Shown here: positions 51,511 to 64,000 of the stretch, piece by piece
Layout of the letters: every line of letters begins with the position of its first letter
Numbering within the stretch: position 1 is the first letter of the stretch
Origin: Ancylonema sp.
Lineage: Eukaryota
Length of the DNA stretch: 64,000 nucleotides
Reading direction: 5' to 3'
Assembly (NCBI GenBank): GCA_050230475.1
Contig: JBFLGF010000086.1
Coordinates: forward strand, 1 to 64,000
Notes under the pieces: generated by a model
What the model saw: the letters and a program-made list of their open reading frames with translations, nothing else
What the model was told of the DNA's origin: nothing
The model's database searches: none
Program-made: the position numbers and the translations under genes

Positions 51511-52598
51511 GAACGGAAACCAGTTTGATATGGGCATGTTGAGAGATTCATGTTTGCCTCCCGTGTACAAGCAGTGGAACGACCGAACAAGGGGACAACC
51601 CGAGATGCTTCCAATAAACGAGGGGGTCAAAGAAGGACTGTTGATGTGGGACGCTTTGGTTGTACAATAATTGAGGTTTCATAGGCTCTTTGATGTAAAT
51701 ATTTATAGGTAACATACGAAATGGTTGTGAATGGAAGGCGTTTGTATATATGATCACATTTTTTTGTTGCCATAATCTAAAATCTCAAAATTTCTTGGGT
51801 AAATTATTCTACCGTGCCGCTTGTCCATGAAACATAACACTTCAGTGGTTCCATTGTGCCTTGGTGATATGCTTTATTATCTCTACGTAATTTTGGGTTC
51901 TGCCTTATGCGTGCAAAAAATGTCTTGAAAATTATGGATATGCAATATCAAAATCGTAGTATCGCGAACGGGTGCGTTTTTTTGCGAACTCTGGAGCATG
52001 GATGCACAAATCAACAATAGTTGCATGGATCGACGGATCCGACGTTCCGAGCTCCAGATTCCGGACTCGGATCAGTCCGGGGGTAGTAAGATACTTTATA
52101 CCAAAATGCCGGACCGGGGGTAGTAAGATACTTTCGGTTGTGATTTCGGACTCCTGAAAGGTTTATAGTGGAGAGAAAAACACGGTTTTTTTTTTCTTTA
52201 GTTCATCATTTTGACTTGTGCGTAGTGCAAAAACGAGAGAAATTGTACAACTTCAAAATTCCCCGACATGTACACTTCCTCCGGGAAATTGCGGGGTAAA
52301 ATAAAAACCACCAAATATCCCCGGTCCTGCGGGGTCTCCCGGCTCCGGACCCGGTCCGACCGCGGTCCGAAAAAACATATATTGCCAGTCCGCGCAACTA
52401 TGAACCCAAGAGCATCCGTCCTTGTCCGCGTCCGAGAGGTCCCATAACGCTTTCAAAACCTCTGGGTAGGGGACGGGAAAATTGAGAGAAGATAGAAGAA
52501 CAGAAAACAGACACGTTGATAGAACCAGAGCCCCATTTCACCCATACATATGATCCCCCCCTAGGGGGGGGGGATCATATGTATAATATTTGTATACA

Positions 52599-52998
<400 letters not shown>

Positions 52999-55900
52999 GG
53001 TTGGTGTCTCGTACCCATGCCCGAAAATCACAACTACTTTTTTTGGATGCTTTGCGTAAGCAATCCGTTCGATATATGTCATGACCAATAAGTATGACAA
53101 ATCTCCGAAATCCTTTAATTTATAACTCCACCATTATGATCAGCGTTATTTTTTGACCCACGAATGATTATAATTTGAACCTGATTACCGCCGGTATTAT
53201 CAGGGCCTCATATGTCGAATGTTTAATGAACGCGTGTAAACAGGCCGTTCGGCCCGGCCTGGCCGCCTAGCCGCCTGGCGCAGGCCGTCACGCAGCCGTC
53301 AGAAACGATTCATCGTATGTACAATCGGGAGAAGTAGTGACGTTGTTTCGTTGTATAGCGGCATTTTTGAATATTTGTGGCGACAAGCGAAAACTATATG
53401 CGCCGCTGCATAGCAATTCAGGTGCTTGTGTATAGCAAAGCCCACGGGTGCATGATCGGGGATGTGGCGACAAGCGAAAACTATATGCGCCGCTTGTGCA
53501 TAGCAATTCAGGTGCTTGTGTATAGAAAAGCCCGTAATATAATCCCCTACCTTGACCTACCCCTACCCCCATGGCAATTAATTATCAGGGTATAAATCTG
53601 GCCAGTACGGGTATCTCCCGGTCCAGGTAGTTGACTCCGTCCCGAGCGAAATATATTTTAGGAGCGCCGGTCGGGGCGAATATTTTCGAGGGGGCGCTCT
53701 GAACGAAACAAACGGGGCGAAGCCAAACCCCTATATAATAATCTTCGATATAAAAAATTCCTCGCTAAAAGAAACCTCAGAGTTTCTGGTCTGGCTTCGC
53801 AGATGGCCAATTGACATGACCCTGTAATTTAACCCTGCCAGTATTTTACTTGTGCTGCACGGATTTCAATTGCATGAAGTATATCATTGATTATCTCTTG
53901 CGCGGGCCTACGTTATTTGATGCTGACAAATCCTCGCACTTTGGCGGTCAGAGTGTCCTCTTTCAAGCATTTGCATTATGATTTTTTGCCGGTCTATCAG
54001 CAAAGTGTGTTCATAATTCAGAGGGCTGGCTGCACGTGGAAGGACAGTTCACAGGAATCCTCGTGCAAAAAAAAAAAATCCCAACTCGATCAGTCGCCAG
54101 TTCACCCGCCACCAAATTTACACCGGACAAAGCGGATAGTGGTGCATGCGCCGTCTGTTTCGGGCAGATCACGCAGCGGCTTGATCTCCAGCAATAAGTC
54201 GAATGTCGACGAGGAGCCTCACGGCCAATTCGTAAAGTCGCTGGCAGTAGCATATCCGAAGCTGCCCTGCCGGATTTGTGCAGGTATGTGCAGAAGCGTT
54301 CCGCTGGCAGGAAAGAAAGTAAGATGAGCTGAAAGTGTTCGCCTGTTTCACTTCCAGGAGCGCTGGTTGTTCCTTGTCGGCCATGTGGCGCCAACGGCAC
54401 ACTGGAGCGGGGTGGATATCACAAACGGAATCCGGTCTCACTGGACCGCATCATTGGTTGGTGCCCGTGCCTGCATTTCCATCTCTTCTTCTGCAAGCCT
54501 CCAATTCCTGACGCGTCTGTGCTCAATGATACTTGAAAATTCCATCAGGTTCGAAGTGGACGGCAATGGAGCGAACATTCGGATGGCGACACTTTTTTGT
54601 GCATTCGAAGGTTAAAGGGCAGGGGACGGAGTGGTTTCTTGAAATGGTGGCGACTTGTGATGCGACTTCGCGCTTCTGGGTGAATGCGCAAAATCTGAAG
54701 GTGAGGACTCACACAATGTTTGGAGTTGCATCTTGGATTGCAAAAAATGATGGTGGATAAAGAACCGTCAAGCTTACGGTTTTAAACAAGGCCTATTATC
54801 GTAAACAATTTAATATTTTGTCGATGGTCTCCAGGACCGAGAACGGTGGAGCAGGGGTTGGCTTCAAAAAGAGGCTATATCGTCGTTAGGAGGGGTGGTG
54901 TGCAAAGCTTGCATGGGTGCTGGTCAGGTCGTGTGCTCTGCTTGTGCGGAGGTGGAAGCTTCTACCACTGGAGGACCCTCGCCTGGAAAACTCGATGTTA
55001 TCCAAGTGTGAGGTGTCATCTTTCATCACAATATTGTTTTTCCATGACACTCGCAAAGGTGAGGGCCTTAGGCGTGTTTGCAAGCGGCAACAATATATGG
55101 CAATGGCATTGTAGGTTACTCGTTGAGAAAGGAGGTATTGGCAAACATTTTGCAAACCTCGTTAACGAGTTGTGACAACTCGTTAAAGCGACTCGTCGCT
55201 TCCAGGCCAAGTAGCTTGGATAGTGGTGCGCAACGCCGTATGCAGCAACCTTTCAAAGGACAGTCAAACTCGAGATAGTAGAACTCGATTAAGGGGTCAT
55301 GGGTGTGCTTTCGAAATTCATGTATCCGTTGGTTGTACTTGTGTGCTTGGGTGTACTTGTACCTTGTGTAACTTGTACCTTCTACCTTTTGTACCTTCCA
55401 CATCAATATTGTTCCACCTGTTGATGTGGAATTGAGGTGATACACGTTAACTCTTGAGCGGATATGTGAGTCAAAGAAAGAGATTTGTGTTTTTTACTCA
55501 AGTCCTAAGTGACTTTACAATAGTGGGGCACGCTTAATTGTAGAAGCATACGGGTGATCAGTAGATAAGCTTCAAAGATTTATTGACTTGCACCTTCGAG
55601 GTACATACCGATTTTCAACTCGGCCAATACTTGATGCTGCAAAATTCGTTACTAGATGCACTTATGCGTTTAAAATATGGGCAAGGAAGCCAGAAGCGCA
55701 TGCTATTTTCATATTGTATACTTTTTGCACATTCTTTTTTACCCTGGAAAATTCGGGTGTATGAGACTCCACTCTCCATACTTTGTCTTCATCAGCCTGA
55801 ATCATACCTCTAGAACAAATGCAAACAAAATATTATCAAACGGCTCTCTTCAAATATGATAACACATGTCAACATATTTGTGAACCTGCATGGAGTGGAA

Positions 55901-56525
55901 GTTGACATCTGTCACTGCATGTCTACGGTTACCTATTTAGAAGAGTGTTCGGCCAGAACATCAACAATCGGTATCCCTGACAACCATTAGCATATAATTG
56001 ATACTATTGCTGCTTTGCTGCCTTGCAAATCCTGGACTTGTGTATATTTTGAATCAAGAACCGAGAATACATCAACAATGTCGCCAATCGCGAGAGGCAC
56101 ATGGTTGACACAACTAATGGTCAACATTACTCATGATACTTGTTCATCAATATACCATTCATGAGGGATCAAGAGGGATCAACCGAGGGTGCGACAAAAT
56201 GCCTCTGTTGCTACCGCACCCATCGCTATATTTTGTCGAAGTCTCAACGAGAACCCATCCGATTATGCTACTAGTACTCTTTTCTGAGTAATTTGGACGC
56301 ACAATTAAAATCTAGAGTTAGACATTGTGTCTCGAATAAATACGTCATAAATACGAAAATTTGTGTCGACCTGTTCTTGTGTACGAAAGCTCTCACCTAG
56401 TCTGTATCAATGTAGTGGATATATTCTTTCAAAATTCGGTACAATCGAATATACACATACAGCGCCCCAAAAAATTGGCTTCTAAAAACTTGTTGTAGGA
56501 TACATTACATGGCACGTTCCACAGC

Positions 56526-58097
56526 CTATTGTAGGTGGAAGGTTGCCACCACCTGCTCCATCCCAAGCGGCCACCAAAATAAAATACAGACATCAGTACA
56601 ACCACTTGTGATAACAAACCATATTCAGCAAGCCCCCGCTTTCCGCTTCCCGCCTCCCGCCTCCCAACCTACTCTTTTTATCAACGATTCCAATGTAGCC
56701 GCATCCGAGTCCAAATACTGCACCAGCACCATCACCATCAATCACCATCACCATCGAGTATGTGGTTACACCTCTTAGCCTATCTGCGAGCACGCCAAGG
56801 AATGGGATGTCCATGGCTGACTTGCCTGTCCTGTTAATGTGAAGAGCCGGTTGTAATACTCGCTTCCCTTCACAGCAACAGCTGATACTAGCTGACGTTT
56901 CGCCTCTCCCACCGGTTGTAACGAGTAGTTGACGTAGTACATATCTGCAACGGACCCCCATGACATTTTCTGGACTTAGAATCACAACCTCACGGGGAGG
57001 AACCCATGTTTGCATGTTTGCAGTCACTCTGAAGGCGGTGGGGCAGAAGATCACCCACCATTGGCTGCCTTGGCTGAGACAAGCTTGGCACTTTGACCGG
57101 GAGGCCGCTTCCAGCTGCGATCCAAGCTATTCACCTACGCACCCTCAACCATAGAGAGCCATTTGTGACCTTATATTCTCTTCTGCCCAAAGGAACCCGA
57201 TGCCAAGCTCAAGGGCGGGCCAACCACACCAAGTTCTCCGAAAAGTCATCCACGCGCCCAAAGGAGGAGAGACTCGTGTAGTCCGCTCCCAGGATGGTGA
57301 TCACAAGACTCACTGCACTCAACCCTCAAGGCTACCACGGTTGGCACCTAAATCCCACTATGGAAGCAGACGACGTGAGGTACTAACCGTTTGTGACAGA
57401 ATCCCCTTTGGGGTAGAAGCCCACCACCCTCCTACTTCCCGTCTGCCCTTCCCCACTCTCCCAGCCTGCCCACCGCCCATCTCACCCCTTAGCAACCAGC
57501 CACCCACGACGAGCCCAGAGGGCCAAGGCTGGGAAGTCACCTGCTGGCACTTCTAGGGAGAAGAGGTTCTCTGGATCGGTGTACAAGGATGGACTCGGGG
57601 ACCCCTCGATTTCTGCTGCCCCCCTGGGTGAGAACAGGTAGGGGAGGCTGCGCAGTTGGGTCACCAGAGGAGCTGTTGAACGGTACCTGTAGCAGCAGCA
57701 GCAGCAGCAGCTGCTGTAGAGAAGGGCATGCATCCGAGGAAACTGCCACTGCCTGCTGCCAGCAACAGTTGGCGGCGATCAACCACTGACTCGGCAGAGT
57801 GGGGAGCTGCAATCCACCCAAGAAACAAATCAAGATCACAATGCTTAGGTTCCGCAAAGGTTGAAGGGCCAACAACCGCCCACAATCAATATAATTGGCA
57901 GCTCCTTGCCGATCATACAGCTGAAGGTGCTAGAAAAAAGGAGTGATGAGGGGTACCATAGGTAAGGGGCACCGGATTCTGAACGGCTCACCAGGCAGGC
58001 TGCAAATTACAGGCAGTGTAGTGCTTCTGCCCTTCCTACTTCCCACAGAGGCCGGGAGAGCAGAGAAAACGGCAGAAGAGGCACACATGGCCGCCAT
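56526..58097 (-). CDS. PPD3: Thylakoid-lumen PsbP-domain protein 3
   Basis: Transit peptide and Tat signal DRRQLLLAAG...AAAA, then YTDPENLFSLEVPA/GWESGEG...VGFYPKGDSVTN/VSLVITILGADYTSLSSFGRVDDFSENL/VNSLDRSWKRPPGQSAKLV/...YYVNYSLQPVGEAKRQL...YNRLFTLTGQ/YLDSDA.../VVATFHLQ*. One GC-AG intron. Confidence 0.9.
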
Positions 58098-59210
58098 GGT
58101 GAACGAGGCTACACACGGCAGGGAAAAAGGAGGAGGTGACGAATTGCGAAATGGTAAATGTCTGCACACAGTCAAGCAGCACCGGACGTAAAGCTCTACA
58201 AAGAACATTCCGGTACATGATAGGGCTGCAACAGATGCATCCAGCTGTTGAAATCCCACAATAATCATTTTGTGTCGTAACTCATAGATTTTCTCTGGCC
58301 TCATCCTTCCCAAGATTCACGCTTCATGTCCAGCATAGGAAACATCATTTTTTTCTTTTATGAAGTTTCATGTCCACGGACTGTGCTATGCTGCGCAGGC
58401 GAATTAATTCACGAGTGCGGGCACAAACAGCAGAATCAAGTAAGATCAGCGAGCTGATATAATCGCGAAAATAACTATGTATTCAGCAACATGACATCAG
58501 TCACGTCTCTGTGCAGCACTAGTATCTAGAAATCGTTTCCATCCGCGCTGCGGTCAAGCTCACACAAATGGCAACACGCAGCTCACACAAATTTCTCTCT
58601 TGATTTCCTGTCTCTCACTAGCATAACTTCATCACATGTCTCTCAGAGAACAGGTAAGACTGGAGTACCTCAGTGAACGTACAGAGATTGAAGCGTACTG
58701 TCTGTACAACAGGCTCAAAGAATTTGCTACTGGCTCAGAGAATATGCTGAAATCCGACATTGGAAGTTGATACGACAATGCAGTAGAGAGGAGAATTTAC
58801 GGAGCGCGGTGTCAAGTAATTCACGCCGTATCCGGGTGCATCAAACAGGGGCTGCGACTAGTTCTCCGAAAAACATGTGCTACCACTAGTCCATGACATG
58901 CGCCAAGCGTTGCCTTGCGTTGTCCGTCCTTGCTTTGGGTAAGGTCGGTGTAGGCGGTTTTGCTCGAACCCGTATGCTCTCACTAATATTACGTTGGGGG
59001 TAATTAGGGCCTCAAAAGTCGTTTAATTACCGTTATTACGGACGATTCAAACTCGATGCGCTGTAAAGGATGTCGCATTCGTTCGTAATATTGTTATGTT
59101 CGATATTGCAATGTCTGAACTGCGAATTCATACGCTTTGTTCCCGCCTTCTTCACGAGCCAGTTTCGAGCGCGCAGAGGGGCCCGGCTAGCCTGAGCGGG
59201 CCCGCAATCC

Positions 59211-61998
59211 ATGGCATTAAGAGCCCCATCGCAGTCTACTCTTCCTTTTCATAAGGTCCTGAGAAGAGTCTCTCGCTGTAATGTACGTTTGGTTCGTCCG
59301 CGCTGCTGCGCTTCGCGTCAAGAGCACGAAGCACCAAAACTGAAACGCCAGAATGCCTTGTCACGGTCGGAGCAAGGCAAAACTGAGCAAAGGGTTCATT
59401 TTATAGGACTCGGAGGTGCTGGACTCTCCGCATTGGCCTTGTTTGCACTCAAACAGGTCAGCTCGGGACTCCAATGAAAAGATGCTATCGGCAGTCCTGC
59501 AGCTGACAGGGGGGTAGAAGGGAATTCAGGGATGGCACGTGAGTGGTTCAGACCTGGCGAACAGCGAGAGGTTGAAATGCCTCCGGAGCGAAGGAGCCAA
59601 TGTGTTTCTTGGTCACGATGCATCGCATCTGTCCACAGGCTCTGCCCAAGCTCCAGTTGCTGTGGTCGTTTCCAGTGCAGTTGCAAAGGACAATGTGGAA
59701 GTGGAGGAAGCAAACAGAGCTGGAATCAAAGTGTACATGCCAGCAGCACTCCCTTGCTTATTCATGTGGTCCTGTTGTAACGTATCGTCTCCTACTGCAT
59801 GCACAGGTGGAAACGAGATGAGTGGCTGGGAAGAATCACAGCCAACAAGGAGCTCATTGCTGTGGCGGGCTCGCACGGTGACCACTGAGTCTGCAAGCTC
59901 TTGGTAATGCGTGAGCAGCAGGACGTCTGGGTAGCTGACGTTAACAGTGTCGTGGCAGGTAAAAGCAGCACCACTGCAATGCTGGCACTGTGCCTGAAGG
60001 ACCTCGGAGATGACGTCAGCGCTATTGTCGGTGCAGAAGTACCGCAGGTCTTCTCCCGATCCACACCCTGCAAATTTCGAGACTCGAACTTTGATTTCGA
60101 ACTTGGAATTTCAGTGCACTCTCATAATCTTCTTCCTTTGAGCTTAAACAGTTTCCAGACGGAGGCAACGCCATGGTGGGAGATAGCCCACGTTTCGTCC
60201 TGGAGGTGAATACCTGCAGCCCAGGCTAGGACACCAGAAACCGAGATTGCCACTGGAAGGCTTTATACAGGGCCCCTTTGCAGGCAGATGAATACGATGG
60301 GTGCTTTCTTGGCGTTCAGCCGTCACTAGCAGTAGTCACCAACTGCGAGTGGGAGCATGTCGACATCTTTCCCAACGAGGTCCCCTTCACCCCTCCTCCC
60401 CCCTCCTCTGCCTTTCCTCCACTCCTCCGCCCTTCTCACCTCGTCCCCCTCCCTATTTCCAGGCGTCTGTCCGCTCCATGTTCCGCCAATTCGCCCACCG
60501 ACTCCGCCCCAACGGCACACTGCTGCTCTGCGCAGACGAGTACGCTGCCCCCACCTCCTCCCTGCTCCCAACTCCCTTCCTCAGATGGTGACTGTAGATT
60601 GAGCTCGGCGTGGGCCCACCCCCCCCCCTGCAGTGCGGGATCCCTCTCCCTTGCTACAGCTTACAGGGACCACTCCCCTGACTCGGATCGTGCCACCTGG
60701 CTGGACGCCCGCCAGGTGGTGACCTACGGCCTCTCGCCGGGCTGCGACTGGCAGGCCATGCTCCTGGCGCCCAACCCCCAGGGGGGGACGGATTATGTGG
60801 TGGTGCATCAAGGGCTGCCCATGGCCCGAGTAGCTCTGAGGCATCCGGGGACTCACAACGTCCTCAATTCGTTAGCAGTGAGGGGGGATACACAGAAATC
60901 TGGACTGAATCCCTTACTGGGGGGGAGGTATTGGGGAAATATTTGATGGTTATCTTCCCTGCCTCCCTCCAGGTGGTTGCTGTGGCCGCCTTGCTGGCAT
61001 CCCGTGATTTGTCTGCTGGAGATGAGTCTGCTGCCCTTGCGGCTCGGAAGAGAGCGGCTGAGGCGGCTGGTCAGTGTCTGGGGAGGTTTGAGGGGGTGAA
61101 GCGGCGGTTTGAGTTTGTTGGTCGGGCTCGTGGCTGCGCCATATTCGATGACTACGCCCATCATCCCACGGAGATCCGTGCCACACTCCAAGCTGCTCGC
61201 CAGCGTTTCGATGTGCAGCCGCTGTGGGTGGTTTTCCAGCCGCATACCTACAGGTGACGAATGGGACACCGTCCCCCTTCTCATTTCCTGCATCTGCCCT
61301 CACACTCGATTGACTTTTTTTCCTTTTTTTCTTTCTTTGGGTTCCCCCACCTTTCAGTCGCCTTGCCCAGCTGCTGCCTGACTTTGCTCCCTCCTTCAGC
61401 GCAGCCGATCGCGTGATTGTGACAGCGGTATGGATTTGCTGTTCCAAATGGCTTCCTGCCTGCGGGAGGAGACAGTGATAGGTGGAGGCCGGGGACGGGG
61501 GGCGGTGTGCGTTGTGCAGGTATATGCGTCCCGGGAGGAGAAGTCAGGGGGAGTGAGCGGCGCTGACCTGGCTGCACTTATCAAGGGCCCCCCAGCCGTC
61601 TATGTGCCGAATTTGGTAGGCTGACTCACTGATCTCGGTTGGAAGGGGGGGAAATCTGACACAGGCATTGGTTTGTTCCGTTGTATTGCAGGAGGATGCT
61701 TTAGAGCGCTTGGTGTGGGAAATCACGGTGCGGGAAACAAATGCAGGGGGGGGGCCCAGGGGGGAAATTATTGTGCTTACACTTGGGGCAGGTGAGGGGG
61801 GGGTGTGCTGGACATTATCTCACTACCTTCGCAGTGCTCCGAGTTGTCTTGTGATTGGATGTAGTGATTGGATGATTGTACAACCGATTTTGAAGTAAGG
61901 CAATGCGATTGTGAGCCGATCAGTTTTCTGGTTCTGCAGGAGACATTGGAGATCTTGGCTGCAGACTACTCGCACAACTATCAAGGGGTGCTTCATGA
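59211..61998 (+). CDS. murC: Plastid-targeted UDP-N-acetylmuramate--L-alanine ligase, about 13 exons
   Basis: Arg/Ser-rich transit peptide, then [102 protein letters not shown] and LTLGAGDI. TGA at 61996-61998. Confidence 0.95.
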
Positions 61999-62678
61999 AC
62001 GGCTTAAATCTCCCTCCCGTCACTACTTCCTAAACACATTTACCTGGAATGTTGCTACTTGGGTACTCAGATTGCAAATTCTGTCTTTGAACGGGTCTGG
62101 ACCAAACCAAAACAATAAAGAGGGGGAGCGTGGTCTCCTTTTGATCTTGTCTCTACGGTGTTGACAATTTTACCTAGCTGTCTTATATTTTTGGTCTCTG
62201 CTTATGCACACGGACAATTCCCCAGACTAGGTAAAATCTTTTGCCATGCAAGACAAATACTCGAATATTTTACTGGTATACATTGAACTGTACTGAATGA
62301 CAAGGCTCCATGGAATGCTAAGCCATGGTCACCCATTGGCCAAGCTACCAGGAATCACAGGCTTTGCAGAGATTTTGTGATTGTAACGACCAGATTGAGA
62401 TTGAGATTTTGAGAACATAACGACCAGATGTACTGAGGAGAAATACTTATTCTATAGACTTGGTCATAGTGTGTACACAGAAATGCGGACAAAAGGCCCA
62501 AGAACGGTGTAAAATCTAAGCCGAGCAAAGTACGTGGATCCGCAAAGCCATACTACTCCACTCAGAGATTGTACAAAACTCCCTACTATACCACTGCCAA
62601 GAACAACAGATGTAGCAAGTAATTTAATTCTTTCACCAATTTGTGAAAATGCATTAGTATACACAGGCACCTTCGCCC

Positions 62679-64000
62679 CTAATAAAGAACATGGCGAGGC
62701 AAATCTCTATTCACGTTCTCCCGGTATGCCACCCTAGTTCTAAAGGCTTCTGCCCTCTGGCTGGCCTTCACCCCGTTGTCTTTCAGGCGGTTTTGTTTTC
62801 CTGTCCATTGACAAGGTCTTGTCGCCAACCCCATGCTCTTGTACCTGATACATACCACAAATGCTGTCAGCATCCATCTCTCCCCACATGACGCACAAAG
62901 CAACCGAGCCATCTAAAACAAATAAGTATTTGGTGGACCATGCTTCAAAAAGCTGTGGTGATATGCACCAAAATGAAGCTCCCAAAGAACATACCTTGAC
63001 ACAAGAGCATTCCTCAGCCCAGCATCTCGTGTGTCTGAGGGTCGGGGGCTCTGTTTATAATAGCGGGCCAGCTCCCTTGAGCCCAAGATTTTGGAACCTT
63101 CTCCGTCCTTAACCACGAGCTCCATGCCCCCTGGAGACATTAAGACAAGGGCTTCGGAGGTCTCTCCCGCAATCGCTAGGTCCATGCCTTCAGATGACTC
63201 ATAACTGGACACAACACAACCGATTGTGAGCTTCGAAAAGCACTTATTAAACTACAACACCACTGCAAGTAGCCAGACATCTTTTTGCTTGACTGGTAAT
63301 AATTATTACTTCGGACTATTGTACTGGCCATACAAAACGAGACCCTCAAATCATTATGAGACGGGTCGGGTCAATGTAATCTTAATCATTTTCTTGTGAA
63401 AAGTGGGTCATTCTACAATGTGGGTCACCAGAAAATAAATATGATTCAGGAATTTGGGAATTTATTTTTCGGGTGCGCGGGTGGGTAATATGGTAGTTTA
63501 TTAGATGAACTTAATTCATTTTCTAAAACCCGGGTCCTCATGTATGGCCACTACGGTACACAGATTATAATTTGTGCCTAAGAAATAGTGACCGGACGAG
63601 CCTATCCTTCTTTAATATTCAATCATCTTTGCAATCGCAGTGTCTGCTAGCACTACGGCCGGTTGCTGCCCTTGGAAAAACGTCTGGTATCCGCAGGAGT
63701 GACCCATGTGCCTGGAAGCTCTTAGCGCTTCATTCACGCGTGCACTTCCGGATGTTCATTTTCTAGACAAGCATAGACAAATGTGCCCCACGTCAGCCAA
63801 GGGGTAGACAAAAACCTGGAACTGTAGTCATAGAATTCTTCCAGCTCCTCTTCTGCTACCCCTGAACCATCACCCCAGCGCAACTTGCAATGATTCTTGT
63901 CCACCATATGCTTGCGGACAGCCTCGAGACTCTCAAACTGCCTGCCCCGTTCGTCACACACCAAGCACATGAAGCCTTTGGAAACCTGCACCACTCCACG
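62679..64000 (-). CDS. REIL: REI1-like (ZNF622/REIL) 60S biogenesis zinc-finger protein; last three exons only, 5' part outside the window
   Basis: FMCLVCDERGRQFESLEAVRKHMVDKNHCKL...ELEEFYDYSS/SY...GGMELVV...KILGSRELARYYKQSPRP...LVSR/YKSMGL...NVNRDLPRHVLY*. Confidence 0.92.

Noticed and set aside
59211..61998. murC as bacterial contamination or recent transfer
   Set aside because: It has many GT-AG introns and a transit peptide, and is flanked by eukaryotic genes.

Overview
Eukaryotic nuclear DNA from a green plant lineage, most likely a streptophyte alga or bryophyte-grade organism. This is inferred from the intron-rich genes, plastid transit peptides, a nuclear murC and a U12-type intron. 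I reconstructed eight spliced genes by hand: a CID/PAM2 two-RRM protein, plastid transketolase, ORTHRUS/VIM (UHRF1-like, with one in-frame TAG), GINS PSF3, TTC4/CNS1, PsbP-domain PPD3, MurC, and the 3' part of a REI1-like zinc-finger gene. The intergenic DNA is mostly transposon-derived. It includes a Copia > hAT-MITE > Copia nest (12.3-23.6 kb), a solo LTR, a third Copia remnant, many hAT- and Tc1/pogo-type MITEs with readable TIRs/TSDs, and an 8.4-kb stack of nested DNA transposons (45.2-53.6 kb) containing a decayed Mutator element. The most unusual observations are an AT-AA minor-spliceosome intron in TTC4, a single nonsense codon in an otherwise intact VIM SRA domain, and a 698-bp fold-back element flanked by 31-bp direct repeats. 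No clear new multi-gene system is supported. All gene identities are from recognised motifs, not database searches.
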